Assembly: GCF_037042905.1 (NCBI RefSeq)
Contig: NC_087245.1
Location: 2,854,001 to 2,918,000, forward strand
Direction: 5' to 3'
From: Lytechinus pictus
Lineage: Eukaryota
Length of the DNA stretch: 64,000 nt
A program made the position numbers and the translations under genes. The notes below the pieces were generated by a model that was not told the origin of the DNA, ran no database searches, and saw only the letters and a list, made by a program, of their open reading frames with translations. Below, in pieces: positions 10,910-23,272 of the stretch. Positions within the stretch are counted from its first letter, which is position 1, and each line of letters starts with the position of its first letter.

Positions 10910-12460
10910 CACTCACTGGAATTCCCGGCTTAATCCTCATGGGGTCTGATGCCCTCATACTTGCTGCTACGTTCACCGACAATTTAAGGGACAAGCCCGG
11001 TCAGCCCATTACTCACAGGAGCTCTAACAAATAAGAGCACAAGAAATCAACTGACTGGGCATGTCATTCACCTATAGTTTATGGGATTTGGCCGGAATGG
11101 CTCATTATTCACAGGTCACCTTCTCCTAGTCTGGAATAAAAAAAAAATCACTATCCCACCCCACCCCCAAGAAAGCACAAGTCACTGGGCATTTGCTTCA
11201 CCTTAAAAAACATATTCACTGGTTACCATCTACCAGTAAGGAATAAAGAAAATCACTCACTGGAATTCCCGGCTTAATCATCATGGGGTCTAATGCCCTC
11301 ATACTTGCTGCTCCGTTCACCGACAATTTAAGGGACAAGCCCGGTCAGCCCATTACTCACAGGAGCTCTAACAAATAAGAGCACCAGCCCCCAATAAGAA
11401 GCCAATCAGACGAGTGAGTGATGACAAAATAAGATTTATATATAAAACTGACTGGACATGCTGTTTGAATTCATTCCTGGCCCAGGCCCATCATTCACAG
11501 GTCACGATCTCCCAACCACAAAAAAATTTTCCTTCCCCAATAAAAACACATCTAGGCATGGTGTTTGCCTATTTACAGGTTACCATCTTCCAGTTAGGAA
11601 TGAAGAAACTATTAATGTTGAAAAAAAATAAATAAAGATAATCTAATCACCCTCCCACCACCCCCACCAACCAACCAAATAACCTGACCCCCCTTCCAAC
11701 CATCCCAACATAGCTGACTGGGCGTGCCCAGTTAGGAATAAAGAAAATATTGTAAATATTAACTTAATAAAACAACTCAATCCCTCCACTCCCCCCCCCC
11801 TCACCCGTCCAAGCAAAGCTGACTGGGCTGCGTTCACTTACATTATAGAGGAGTAAAGGAACTATGAAAAGTATGCTTATCATTCACAGGTCAGCATCTG
11901 CCAGTCAGAAAAAAAACACCCAACCCCCCAAAAAAAAATGTCACTGGGCATGCTGTTCAATGAACAATCATTATTTGCAGATTACCATCTCCCAGTTACG
12001 AATAAAGAAAACATTGTTGAATAAAGTAAATTAAATATTTAAAATAATATAATCCCCCACCCGATCATTCCTACCCCCCCCCCCGGATCCCCCCAAATCA
12101 ACTGACTGGGCATGCCGTTCTCCTACAGTTTAAGGGACTTGGCCCAGTAGGCTCATTATTCACAGGTCACCATCTCCCAGTCAGGAATAAAAACACTACC
12201 CACCCCCCCCGCAAGAAAGCACAAGTCACTGGGCATTTTATTCACACGAGAGACATATTCACTGGCTACCATCTCCCAGTGAGGAATAAGGAAAACAATA
12301 CAATTTTTTTACAAAAATACTAAAACAACTCAATCCCTCCACCTCCCCAGCAAAGCTGCCTGCGCTGTGTTCACCTACATTATGAAGGATTAAAGGAACT
12401 ATGAAAAGTAGGCTTACTATTCACAGGTCACCATCAGCCAGTCAGAAAAAAAATCACAAC
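10910..12460 (+). repeat. Degenerate tandem array (ACTGGGCATG...TTCACAGGTCACCATCTCCCAGT...GGAATAAA units) including a ~130 bp near-exact duplication
   Basis: About ten diverged units are separated by C-runs and A-runs. 10911-11040 is repeated at 11255-11384. Confidence 0.8.
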
Positions 12461-12807
12461 CAGAAAATTGTGGATTCTGTAATTTGGCCCAAACCCCTAA
12501 AGCCCATAACAATTGATGCACACGACTCTCTTACCAATCTGATCCAATGACATCTGCTTCTCATCCATCCAGTGTCGGAACCTGATGCTTGAGTCCTCAC
12601 ATTCTGGGTAACAAGCAGGATCCAGAGAAACTATTGATGACTCTAAATACAGATTTCATTCTGTGCAATCTTCACATGAGATCACAGGAGATACCCCTGA
12701 AAGTAGAACACAAGAAAAGAAAGATTAAATCAACTGACCAATGGCATGTAGGTGAGGGGATACAATCTGAAGAAGAAAGCCTATAGGAGAGCATCCTGGG
12801 CAGAACG

Positions 12808-13352
12808 CCCAAGGGGACCACTGCCATTGACGAGTGGATACCATACGTGACCCAAAAAACTTGTAAAATTGGTCTCTTTTTAAAGATGGGGCACATTATG
12901 TATGTAACGTAATAAGGGTGTCAAAAACACTAAAATAATTTTAAAAGGATATATATAAGTTGCTAAGAAACCTATACGTGTTTACGGTCCACTCTCGAGG
13001 GTATAAAAAGACTAAAATACTTTATAAAGGATGTACTTTTTGCCCCAACACTACATGTTTCGGGTCCAATTTGAGCAAGGTGTGTGGGGTAGTACCAAAC
13101 CCAATGAAAGTAAAGGTAAGGCCAACGTCTGTGGTCATGTCCGTGAGACCGTGAAATAACAATTAAGATATCATTGTACTTGTTTAAGGGGTCCATGCAG
13201 GGAATACTTGTCAAGGGTACCAAATTTGTTTCCAATACTTGTTAAGGGGTGCATTTTCTGAACATGGAAATTACTTCTTTAGGGTGCTTTTCGAAAGCCC
13301 ATGGTCACGCATGGTATCCACTGGTCAATGGAAGTGTCCCCCCCCCCCCTGG
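12808..13352. mobile_element. MITE with ~45 bp TIRs and CCC...GG termini (possibly CMC/EnSpm-type)
   Basis: GACCACTGCCATTGACGAGTGGATACCATACGTGACC pairs with GGTCACGCATGGTATCCACTGGTCAATGGAAGTGTC. Flanks are CG and TG. Confidence 0.8.
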
Positions 13353-14173
13353 TGCAGAACGTTAACACTACCTAGGCATCAACATATACTGGGGAAGAGA
13401 TTTGCACCAACAGCACAGGACAATATCCCAACTGCCTTCCACTGACATATTAAGGAAACTAATTTTCTTTTCAAACGTTTTCATATTTTTGTCATTTGGT
13501 AAGAAATAATTTCACAGGGTTGTGTCCTTTTGTCAGTTCATGGCATCATACATGTAGACTTATATTGAGTACAACAATCAAGTACAAATTCAGGCTGCAT
13601 AGCCCCAAATTTTTGGAATGAAGATGGTTTAAAAGCAAGTTGAACTTTATTCATAAAACAATGACACTAAAGCCCACCGCAACTATGTGATCCGATGCAA
13701 AGCGATTTGTTAATAAATCACATTTTGCATTTCCAAGAAATAAAATTATTTCATTTGAAGTTTGGCATTATGTTAGAAATAATAAAATGTAGCAGCTAAT
13801 GATTACATTATTACGATTTGAAATTGAATTTGCTTTTATTTCTACAGGGTTCAAGTCTCCTACTAGACTTAATTTCAATTGCATTAGTCCTTTTACCACC
13901 ATTCTGAACTGTGATTCTATAAGATTTTACTGGTCGGAATGTTCATCTCAAATGTTATTAAAATTTCTTTGAAACAGGGTTGTGTCCTATTGTCAGTGAA
14001 TAGTATCATACACTACTATTGAGTACAACCATCCAATAGAAAATCAGGTTATAGTATTTTTTTCCTTCAAAGAGCTTTCACCAGTCTTCGATAATCTGTT
14101 TTCTTTGCATTCTAAGTTTACATTATTACAACACCAATGAACACAAGTTCATTGATGAAATACCTAATAATAA

Positions 14174-15014
14174 AACAAGTGGAGCGCCTTACGAATCGCA
14201 TAACACATTGCATTCAATAAAGCAGCAAATGCTGACTTTGAAAATGACTTTAGAATAATCATTCACAAAAACACCGTTCACATGATGATAAATACTATGT
14301 TCATTTATGACATTTGACCTTGATCATGTGATTGAAAACTTGTGCAAGACAGTCAGTGTACTTGATTTCCCCTATGTCTACATTTCATGAACTAGATCCA
14401 TAAACATTCAAATTTATGATGGCAATTCAACAAATACCCCTAACACTGCCAAAGTTCATTGACCTTGGTCATGTGACCTGAAACTCGTGCTGGATATTCA
14501 CTGATGCTTTATTACCCTTATGTCCAAGTTTCATGAAGTAGATTCATAAACTGTCAAAGTTATGATGGAAATCAACACATACCCCAAATATGGCCAAAGT
14601 TCATTGACCCTAAATGACCTTTGACCTTAGTCATGTGACCTGAAATTCAAGCAGGATGTTCAATATGTCAAAGTTTTATGAGCTGTATACTTTGTCTGTA
14701 TACATTCTAAGTTATGGTGACATTTTAAAAACTTAACCTTCGATTAAGATTTAGAAATTGACTCCCCCAACATGGTATAAGTTTATTGACTCTAAATGAC
14801 CTTTGACCTCAGTCATGTGACCACAATCTCTTACAGGATTTTCAATAATACTTGGTTACCATTATGTCCAAGTTTCGTGAACTAGGCCCATATACATTCT
14901 AAGTTATGATGACATTTCAAAAACTAAACCCTTGGTTAAGATTTGTTGTTGACGACGCCGTCGTCGTAAAAGCAGCACATAAAGTCTCACTCTTCTATGC
15001 AGGCGAGACAAAAA
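14174..15014 (-). mobile_element. Non-autonomous Helentron/DINE-like element with TGACCTTTGACC internal tandem repeats
   Basis: Minus strand starts TTTTTGTCTCGCCTGC...GTGAGAC (hairpin), followed by a CGT/CGA microsatellite. The interior has repeated GTTCATTGACC...GTCATGTGACC units. It ends CACTTGTTTT in a T-rich site. Confidence 0.65.
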
Positions 15015-15531
15015 CCATGTACCACACTTATCAGCATGATTTTTTTTTTCAGCAGCCAAGATCTTAAGGAGGGTTACACTCACCCCCAGCAGAAAAAAAA
15101 AATAAGTAAAAATAGCAGAGGTTAAAATGGCAAAGGTAAAAATGGCAGAGGTAAAAATAGCAGAGGTAAAAATAGCTGAGGTAAAAATGGCAGAGGTAAT
15201 AATGGCAGAGGTAAAAATTGCCGAGATAAAAATGACAGAGGTATAAATGGCCAGTCTTAAACTCCCATGCAAAAAAATCCAAAAGCCCCTCCATGTACAG
15301 TAGATTAAATAAGAAAGGTTCTGAGAAGAAAGTAAGAATTATAATGTTGGACTAATGGAAAGGGTAACATTTTTAAATCAGACTTTCGATCTTCTGCACC
15401 AAATTGATAACACTTGAATTGGTATTTCTTTTTTTTTCCTGGACTTACATGTACGGCCTTCTCATGTCAAATCGCTCTTCTAATATTCAAATTTGAACCA
15501 CACCTTGAATCCCAAGTATTGTACTTAATTC

Positions 15532-15820
15532 ATTAAAGGGGAAATTCACCCTGATATATAAAGTTTATTGTAAAAATAGCAGAAAATAATTAGAATGATA
15601 TTGGTGAGGGTTTTAGGGAATCCATCAGAGATTTAAAAAGCTATTAGAATTTTATATTTCAATAGTGACGTCATCTGCGAGCAGTTTTTCCCATACATGG
15701 TGTAATAAAAATCAATGAAATGTCATAAAAAAAATGAAAATGGTTTTTATTGTACCTTAAGTATATCAACATACACATCATTTCACATCCGCTCCTGAAA
15801 GATTTTTTTAGCATGTCATG
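15532..15820 (+). mobile_element. Left-end fragment of the TTAA MITE family seen at 19313 and 63377
   Basis: Starts TTAAAGGGGGAAATTCACCCTGA and is colinear with 19313-19590. A shorter stub lies at about 24956-25000. Confidence 0.7.
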
Positions 15821-15911
15821 ATCTTTACGACTGTCATTTTTGCATCTGCCATCTTTACCTCGAACTGCCAGTTTTAACTCTGTCATTTTTACCTCTACCA
15901 TTATTACCTCC

Positions 15912-16430
15912 CCCGGGGGCAGTCATATTTATTGCTGTACAAATGCGTGACCAAATTATTTCCAGACACGCCCTACACGAGTTTTTCTTTGTGTGCAAGA
16001 TAACCCCCTAAACAAGTTTTTGCGGGCTTCATTTACAAATTTTGGCCCCTAAACAAATTATTGCCAGAATTAATATGACCCCTAAACCGGGCCCCTAAAA
16101 CAGTTTCACGATCCGTTTCCCCGTTTCTCAGACCCGTTGCTTACAATCGGGAAGAACCCGAACACTTTTCAGAAACGAGAAGGAAAAAGCTTGATGAAAA
16201 AAACATACCCTAAACACGTTTGGTCAGTCTAAAGAAAAGCTTTGGAATAAATACCCTAAATACATTTGACCCCGTGATTGACCAGTCTTTCAAAACAGCC
16301 TTTTTTGTGTAAAATCGGTGTTTTTGATACCGAGAGCTCGCGCTGCCCGCGTCTAAAACTGAAGAAAAAAACATCCCTTAACACGCGTTTTTTGGGGGGT
16401 CACGCATGCATGACTGGCCATCCACCCGGG
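15912..16430. mobile_element. MITE with CCCGGG termini inserted in the 15-bp array
   Basis: CCCGGGGGCAGTCAT...ATGCGTGACC pairs with GGTCACGCATGCATGACTGG...CCCGGG. Internal repeats of ACCC(C)TAAAC. Confidence 0.7.
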
Positions 16431-16993
16431 ATTACATTTCCATTCTTACCTCTGTCATTTTTGCCTCTGTCCTTACCTCTGCCATTTTTACCTTTGCCAT
16501 TTTTACCTCTAGCTGCCATTTTTACCTCTGCCATTATTACCTCTGCCATTTTTACCTCTGCCATTATTACCTCTGTCATTTTTACCTATGCCATTTTTAC
16601 CTCTGCCATTTTTACCTCTGCCGTTTTTACCTCTGCCATTATTACCTCTTCCATTTTTACCTCTGCCATTTTTACCTCTGCCACTTTTACCCCTGCCATT
16701 TTTACCTCTGCCATTATTACCTCTGCCATTTTTACCTGTGCCATTATTACCTGTGCCATTTTTACCTCTGCCATTTTTACCTCTGTCATTATTACCTATG
16801 CCATTTTTACCTGTGCCATTATTACCTGTGCCATTTTTACCTCTGCCATTATTACCTCTGTCATTATTACCTATGTCATTTTTACCTGTGCCATTTTTAC
16901 CTGTGCCATTATTACCTGTGCCATTTTTACCTCTGCCATTATTACCTCTGTCATTATTACCTATGCCATTTTTACCCCTGCCATTTTTACCTC
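16431..16993 (+). repeat. 15-bp minisatellite (CTGCCATTWTTACCT)n
   Basis: About 37 contiguous units. This array is the source of the repetitive ORFs in several frames. Confidence 0.97.
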
Positions 16994-19900
16994 TAGTGGA
17001 GCGGTTATGTGACAAAAAATGGCCAAGATGCTCGGATCTGGCAGAAAGTGTGAAATTTGGCATACAGGGGTATTTTTGGGCGCTGATTTCAAAAATTGCC
17101 GGCCCCAAGCGATTTGACCATCGGGTCGGCCAACATTTTGAAATCCAAGATGGCCGCCATGATAAATCATTAAATGTCAATTTCTTGAGTCTTACATGGC
17201 ATGTGACACTGAAATTTGGCATATAGGGGTATTTGAGGCACTGAATTTAAATATTGCCGCCCATCAGCAATTTGACCATTTGGTCGGCGGCAAAATGGCC
17301 GCCATCTTGAAATCCAAGATGGCCGCCATGATATATTATTGCAATCATTTTCTCGAGTTTTATATGAACTGCAGTATTGAAATTTTGCGTATAGGCTTAA
17401 TTTGGGGTGCTGATTTCAAATATTGCCGGCCCCAAATGATTTGACCATCGGGTCGGCCGCCATTTTGAAATCCAAGATGGCCGCCATTTTGAAATCATTA
17501 ATGTAATTTTCATGAGTTTTTACATGACGTTTGACACTGAAATTTGGTATGTTGGGGTATATTTAGGCACTGATTTCAAATATTGCCGGCCCCCAGCAAT
17601 TTGACCACTTGGTCAGTGGCTAAATGGCCGCCATTTTGAAATCCAAGATGGCCGCCATGAAAAATCATTAAATGTCATTTTCTTGAGTTTTACATGATAT
17701 GTGACACTGAAATTTGGCATATAGGCTTAATTCGGGGTGCTGAATTCAAATATTGCCGGCCTCAAGCGATTTGACCATCGGGTCAGCCGCCATTTGCAAT
17801 ATCGATAACAATGATAACAGTAATAAGAATGATGACAACAATGATCATAATAATCATAATAATAATCATTATGATAATTATAAGAAGAATGATGATAACA
17901 ATGATATCGATAATAACTTTCTCTGAATTGCAAGATTCATTTTCCATAATTCGTCAAATGATCTGACTTGAAATAAAGTCATTATTTATTGGACCAGTAA
18001 CACCAGTTTGATGAAAAACAATTTAACTGGTATTACTACTTTGCTTCAACTGGAATGCAATTGTTTGAACTGGTCTCCAGTTGATTTTTACTGGTCCAGT
18101 TAAAAATCAACTGGTCCAGTAAACATATACTGGAAACCAGTAAAAATCTACTGGAAACCATTTATTGGACCAGAAACACCAGTTTGATGAAAAACAAGTG
18201 ATGAATTTGATCCTGTCAGGTGTAGTCTTCATAAATGCCGATTTATTTTTAAAATGAGCAGGTCGAGGTACCCTTTTCTGGTCAGATATGGAATGTCAGA
18301 CATATATCCTATCCACTGGACAGGTAGTAAACATTCAATTCTCGAATTTCATCCTTTTTTTTTTTTAGAGCGTCTCTTTAACACACGAGTCTATGGGAGA
18401 TATTTTAGGCCCGTGATACCTCAGTTGCAAAATGGCAGCTATCTTGAGATCCAAGATGGCTGCCATAAAAAAAATCATTAAAAAAAATCAAGTATTAAAA
18501 TTATAACGTAGGTATTATTTTGATATTTGGCATCTTGGGGTATTGAAATTTTCCCCCAGTAATCTGTCCAATAGATATGCTGCAAAATGGCCACCATCTT
18601 GAAATCTAGAGAGGATCGACTGTCATGAAAATTCATTAAAATAATTTTCTTGAGTTTTAAATAATTTGAGGCACTGCATTTTAGACATACAGGCAGGTTT
18701 TGGCCTGCTGGTTTAGAGTATTGCTGCCCCAGTGATTGATCCACCGGGTCAGCTGAAAATGACCGCCACTTTGACATTTAAGATGGCTACTACGAAATAT
18801 CTTTCAAAAATGTTTTCCTGAATTCTACATTACACTGTACCTGTGACACTGTAAATTGGTATTATGAAGCAAAAACTTGTATTGTATGTTAATTTCAAAT
18901 ATGGATAGATAATGAACATATAACACATAACACACTTTATCTGCCATTTTGAATTCCCATATGACCCATCATGACACAAAGGACATGATTACCTAGCTTA
19001 GTTCTAAATATTGATTATTGTGGGGGAAAATAAGTACAATATGATAGCAAGAATCAAAATTCATGTATGGTATAACTGATGGTAAACCATTCATTATTGC
19101 TATCAATCATTTATATGCTAGGCGGTTGACAGTGAATCTTACAGATCTCCAGGAATTACTTTGGAACGATTTAATTGATAACCATCGTGTGTTCGACAAT
19201 CTGACAATGGGAGCATGTTCGCCTCACAATTGGGAGATCAAGCTCCGACAGCATCAGACCAAACGATGTTAAAAGAGGGGAGTTGCTTCTACCCTGTTTG
19301 GCGGTCAACGAATTAAAGGGGAAGTTCATCCTGACAAAAAAGTTTATTGAAACAATAACAGAATAAATAATGAAAAAAATATTGAAGGTTTGAGGAAATT
19401 CCATCTAATATTTAAAAAGCTATGGGAATTTCATTTTGTGTATTTGTGACGCCAGATGAAAGCAGTTCCCCCATGTTTCTTAAAGTACAAAAATCAATGA
19501 AATGTAGCCTCTTAAAAAAAATGAAAATGTGTTTTATTGAACCCTCAGTATATCAACAAACAAATGATTCACACCCGCTCCTGAAAGAAAAAAATTACCC
19601 ATGATGAACCATTTATGCATTTTATATCACACAACATAACGGGGCAGCTGCTCGTACAGTATATGACTTCACAAATCTAAAACTTAAAATTCTAATATCT
19701 TAGATTGATTTACCAATCTCTTTTTTATATCATATTTTCTTGTGTTTTTACAACAAACTTTTCTCCGGGGTGAACTTCCCTTTTTAAGGGATAGAGCAAC
19801 GTCCGACGTGGCGCTGCTAAGTTGCTGCCGGGCTCACGATTTACAGGGTATGGGCAAAATAAATTTTCGGAGCATTTCTGTTACTGAATTCTATTTAGAA

Positions 19901-21874
19901 CAATAAAATATGTATTATTATCATCCATCATTAATATTAATTCATCATCATCATACCACTATATAACCATCAGTACTTCAAGTCTGGAGCAGTTATCTTC
20001 ATGTCGATTTGTAATAAAATATCACAATTATTGGAGCAATATTCTGAAACCAGCAGGCCAAAAACCTGCCTGTATGTCTAAAATGCAGTGCCTCAAATTA
20101 TTTAAAACCAAGAAAATGATTTTAATGAATTTTCATGACAGTCGATCCTCTCTAGATTTCAAGATGGTGGCCATTTTGCAGCATATCTATTGGACAGATT
20201 ACTGGGGGCAATTTCAATATCCCTAGATGCCAAATTTTAAAATAATACATTACGTGATACTAGATAAAGTGATTTTTTTTAATGATCTTTTTTAATGGCA
20301 GCCATCTTGGATTTCAAGATGGCTGACATTTTGCTTCTGACTCAGGGGATCAGATCACTGAGGGCCAGCAATATTTGAAATAAGCACCCCGCACTCCGTC
20401 GATATGTCAAAGTGCGATACTGCAGATCATATAAAACTCAAAGAAATAATTTACAGCCTCTCAACAGAAAATGATTATTCCGGATGGTTATTATTCAACC
20501 AAAGCCACTTCAAATGTGGAACTGCAGAAGAAGCTAGCTGGTTTTTGTATTCACGGTGCTTCATACTTACGTAACATCTATATCAGCAACGGGGTGCCAA
20601 AGTATTATAATCCTTGCAACGGACAAAGATGTGGTTGTGTTGGATTTGTTTTCAGTGCCAATACAATAGGTTTTACTCACCATTATAATGTTGTACATCA
20701 TTCAAACTTGGTAACCATATTGGAATTCAAAATAGCATCTACTTAATGTTTTTTTTCATTGATCAAGGATGCAAAGATCAAGTTTTTCTCCAAATTCAAA
20801 GTGTTAAAGGCCATACGTAAGACTTGAGCAAATTATCTTTCATGGCGGCCATCTTGTATTTCAAAATGGCAACCAAACAGGGGTCTGACAATAATCAGTG
20901 CCTAAATATATGCCTATATGACAACTTTCAGGGCCAGAGTTCATGTAAAACTCAAGACAATTATCATTGCTTTTGATTCATGGCGGTCATTTTGCCGAAA
21001 CCCGGTGTGCCACGTACTTCTGTATGCCAAAGTTTGGTGTCATGTATAATGTAAAATCCAAGAAAATTATTTTGATATGGTTTTTCATGGCAGCCATCTT
21101 GCCGCTGAACTGATGGTCAGAGCACTTGTGGCTGGCAATATTTGAAATCGGCACCCAAAAATAGGTACTCTATTTGCCAAAGTTCAGAGCACATGTAAAA
21201 TTGAAGAAAATGATTTTTAGTGATTTTCATGGCGGCCATCTTAGATTTCAAGGTGGCGGCTGACCTGGTGGTAAGACTATTTGAAATAAGTGCCCTAAAC
21301 TACACCTACACTGTATATGCTAAATTTCAATACCATAGCTCATACAAAACTAAAGAAAATTATTGCAATGGTATTTCATGGCGGCCATCTTGGATTTTAT
21401 GATGGCGGCCGTTTTGCCGCTGACCTGGAGGTCAAATTGCTGAGGGCCGGCAATATTTGAAATCAGTGCCTCAAAATACCCCTATTTGCCAAATTTCAGT
21501 GTCACATATCATGTAAAACTCAAGAAAATGACATTTAATGATTTTTCATGGCGGCCATCTTGGATTTCAAAATGGCGGCCATTTAGCCACCGACCAAATG
21601 GTCAAATTGCTGGGGGGAGGCAATATTTGAAATCAGTGCCTCAAAATACCCCTATATGCAAAATTTCAGTGTCACATGCCATGTAAAACTCAAGAAATTG
21701 ACATTTAATGATTTATCATGGCGGCCATCTTGGATTTCAAAATGGCGGCCGACCCGATGGTCAAATCGCTTGGGGCCGGCAATTTTTGAAATCAGCGCCC
21801 AAAAATACCCCTGTATGCCAAATTTCACACTTTCTGCCAGATTCGAGCATCTTTTTCACATATCTACTGGACTA
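16994..21874. mobile_element. Non-autonomous Academ-like DNA transposon with long, internally repetitive inverted arms
   Basis: CTC|TAGTGG...GGACTA|CTC gives a 3-bp TSD, and removing the element restores a perfect 15-bp unit. 17027-17790 mirrors the region ending at 21851, built from ~180 bp subunits. No transposase ORF. Confidence 0.8.
19313..19787. mobile_element. Kolobok-like MITE with TTAA TSD
   Basis: TTAA|AGGGGAAGTTCATCC...GGGTGAACTTCCCTT(T)|TTAA. Full sister copy at 63377-63866. Confidence 0.85.
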
Positions 21875-22244
21875 CTCTGCCATTTTTACCTCTGCCATTA
21901 TTACCTGTGCCATTATTACCTGTGCCATTTTTACCTGACACTGATGTTCATAAAGAGATCCATGCACTCACACACTGAGGTGTTAAAATCAAATCTTACA
22001 ATTTGAATAACAACAAATAGTATAAACATGATAAAATGTACCGAACCAAAGGTTTTGTTTTAAGGATTGTATTACATTCGGAGTACTCAAACTGTCTCAT
22101 TTGACTAAAACATTATTTTCCCCTATTTTTTGTGTATAGCGTTGTGAACAAGAAAAAAATAATTAAAATGAGGCACAAGGTCTTCCAGATATTTTTATCG
22201 GGAATCAATCCTTTATTACATAATAGTGGCAATAGCTTCTTTTT

Positions 22245-22247
<3 letters not shown>

Positions 22248-22275
<28 letters not shown>
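22248..22275 (+). repeat. (GA)n microsatellite
   Basis: Perfect GA run of about 14 units. Confidence 0.95.
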
Positions 22276-23133
22276 CGCTTTTGGACAGAATGTGCTTTGA
22301 AACATTGAAGTGTACTAACTGAAAAGATGTGGGCTCAGTGAGCATGCTAAGTTTGTAGCATGATGTGTATATATATACAAGTGCCAATATTGACAAAAAG
22401 GTTATTAATAAAGTCATAATAATGTGCGCCAAAGTGCTTAATTCGGAGAGGACATGCATGTTTAGACAGAATAGTCACGAGGAATAAAAATGTCAGTAGC
22501 TTTTGTGAATTTGAGGTTTTAAACAGTAGCTTTTAATTATTCTTATTAGAAAAAACATTTCATCCTGATTGCTAATAATAGAAATGCATGGGCTTAAAAT
22601 TGAAAAAAAAATCGAAATGAGACAATAATTGTTGGCCGGATACTCTCAATTCTGAGAAGTAAACGCGTATTTCACAATATCTTTCCTTTCGCAGGTTGTT
22701 CAAATAATGCCCAATAGCATTCCATCTTGATTTTAAGATAACAAAACTCATTTCATTTTATGATGCGTTTCTGGAAAGTATAAGCTATAAAAACTATACA
22801 GATAAAACCCATGGGTACTAAACTTACATTGACATTAAAAAAAAATCAACGACTCATGTTGTCCTATACGTACACCGATCAAAACGACGATTTTTGCTTG
22901 GCACCATTTTAACGCTATTTTGGAAGCCATCTTTATACAATACGGCACGACTCCATGGGCACGACGTAAATGACATCACCTTACATGACATTAACAAAAT
23001 CCGTTGAAACCGAAAAATAACAAGTTTCAAAATCATCGAGACATACATTCTATACACATCCTATACACGTTTGTTATGCACGTTATAATGGTTAATGACA
23101 TCTTGATTAATACACAGAGGTGATAAAGACTAA

Positions 23134-23272
23134 TGGCGCAGTCACATTTCCCCAAGGCGGCCGTATACGGCGAGTCGAAAACCAGCTAAATTTTAGGTGG
23201 TTTGAATGAAAATAAATAAACCGCCGTTTCGACTCACCGTACGGCCGCCGTAGGGGAAGTGTGACTGCATCA
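23134..23272. mobile_element. Small hairpin MITE
   Basis: GCAGTCACATTTCCCC..GGCGGCCGTA(TA)CGGCGAGTCGAAA pairs with TTTCGACTCACCGTACGGCCGCC..GGGGAAGTGTGACTGC around a short AT-rich loop. Confidence 0.8.

Larger units (their letters stand above)
15104..21935. mobile_element. Foldback-type element with oppositely oriented 15-bp repeat arrays, multiply interrupted
   Basis: GGCAGAGGTAAAAAT units at 15104-15252 face CTGCCATTTTTACCT units at 15829-15910, 16431-16993 and 21875-21935. No TSD was recognised. Confidence 0.6.

Noticed and set aside
16278..17226. Long ORFs in several frames ((SAIFT)n, (CHFYL)n, (PLPFL)n, (RGKNG)n)
   Set aside because: They are by-products of a stop-poor 15-bp minisatellite, open on both strands and running into transposon ends.
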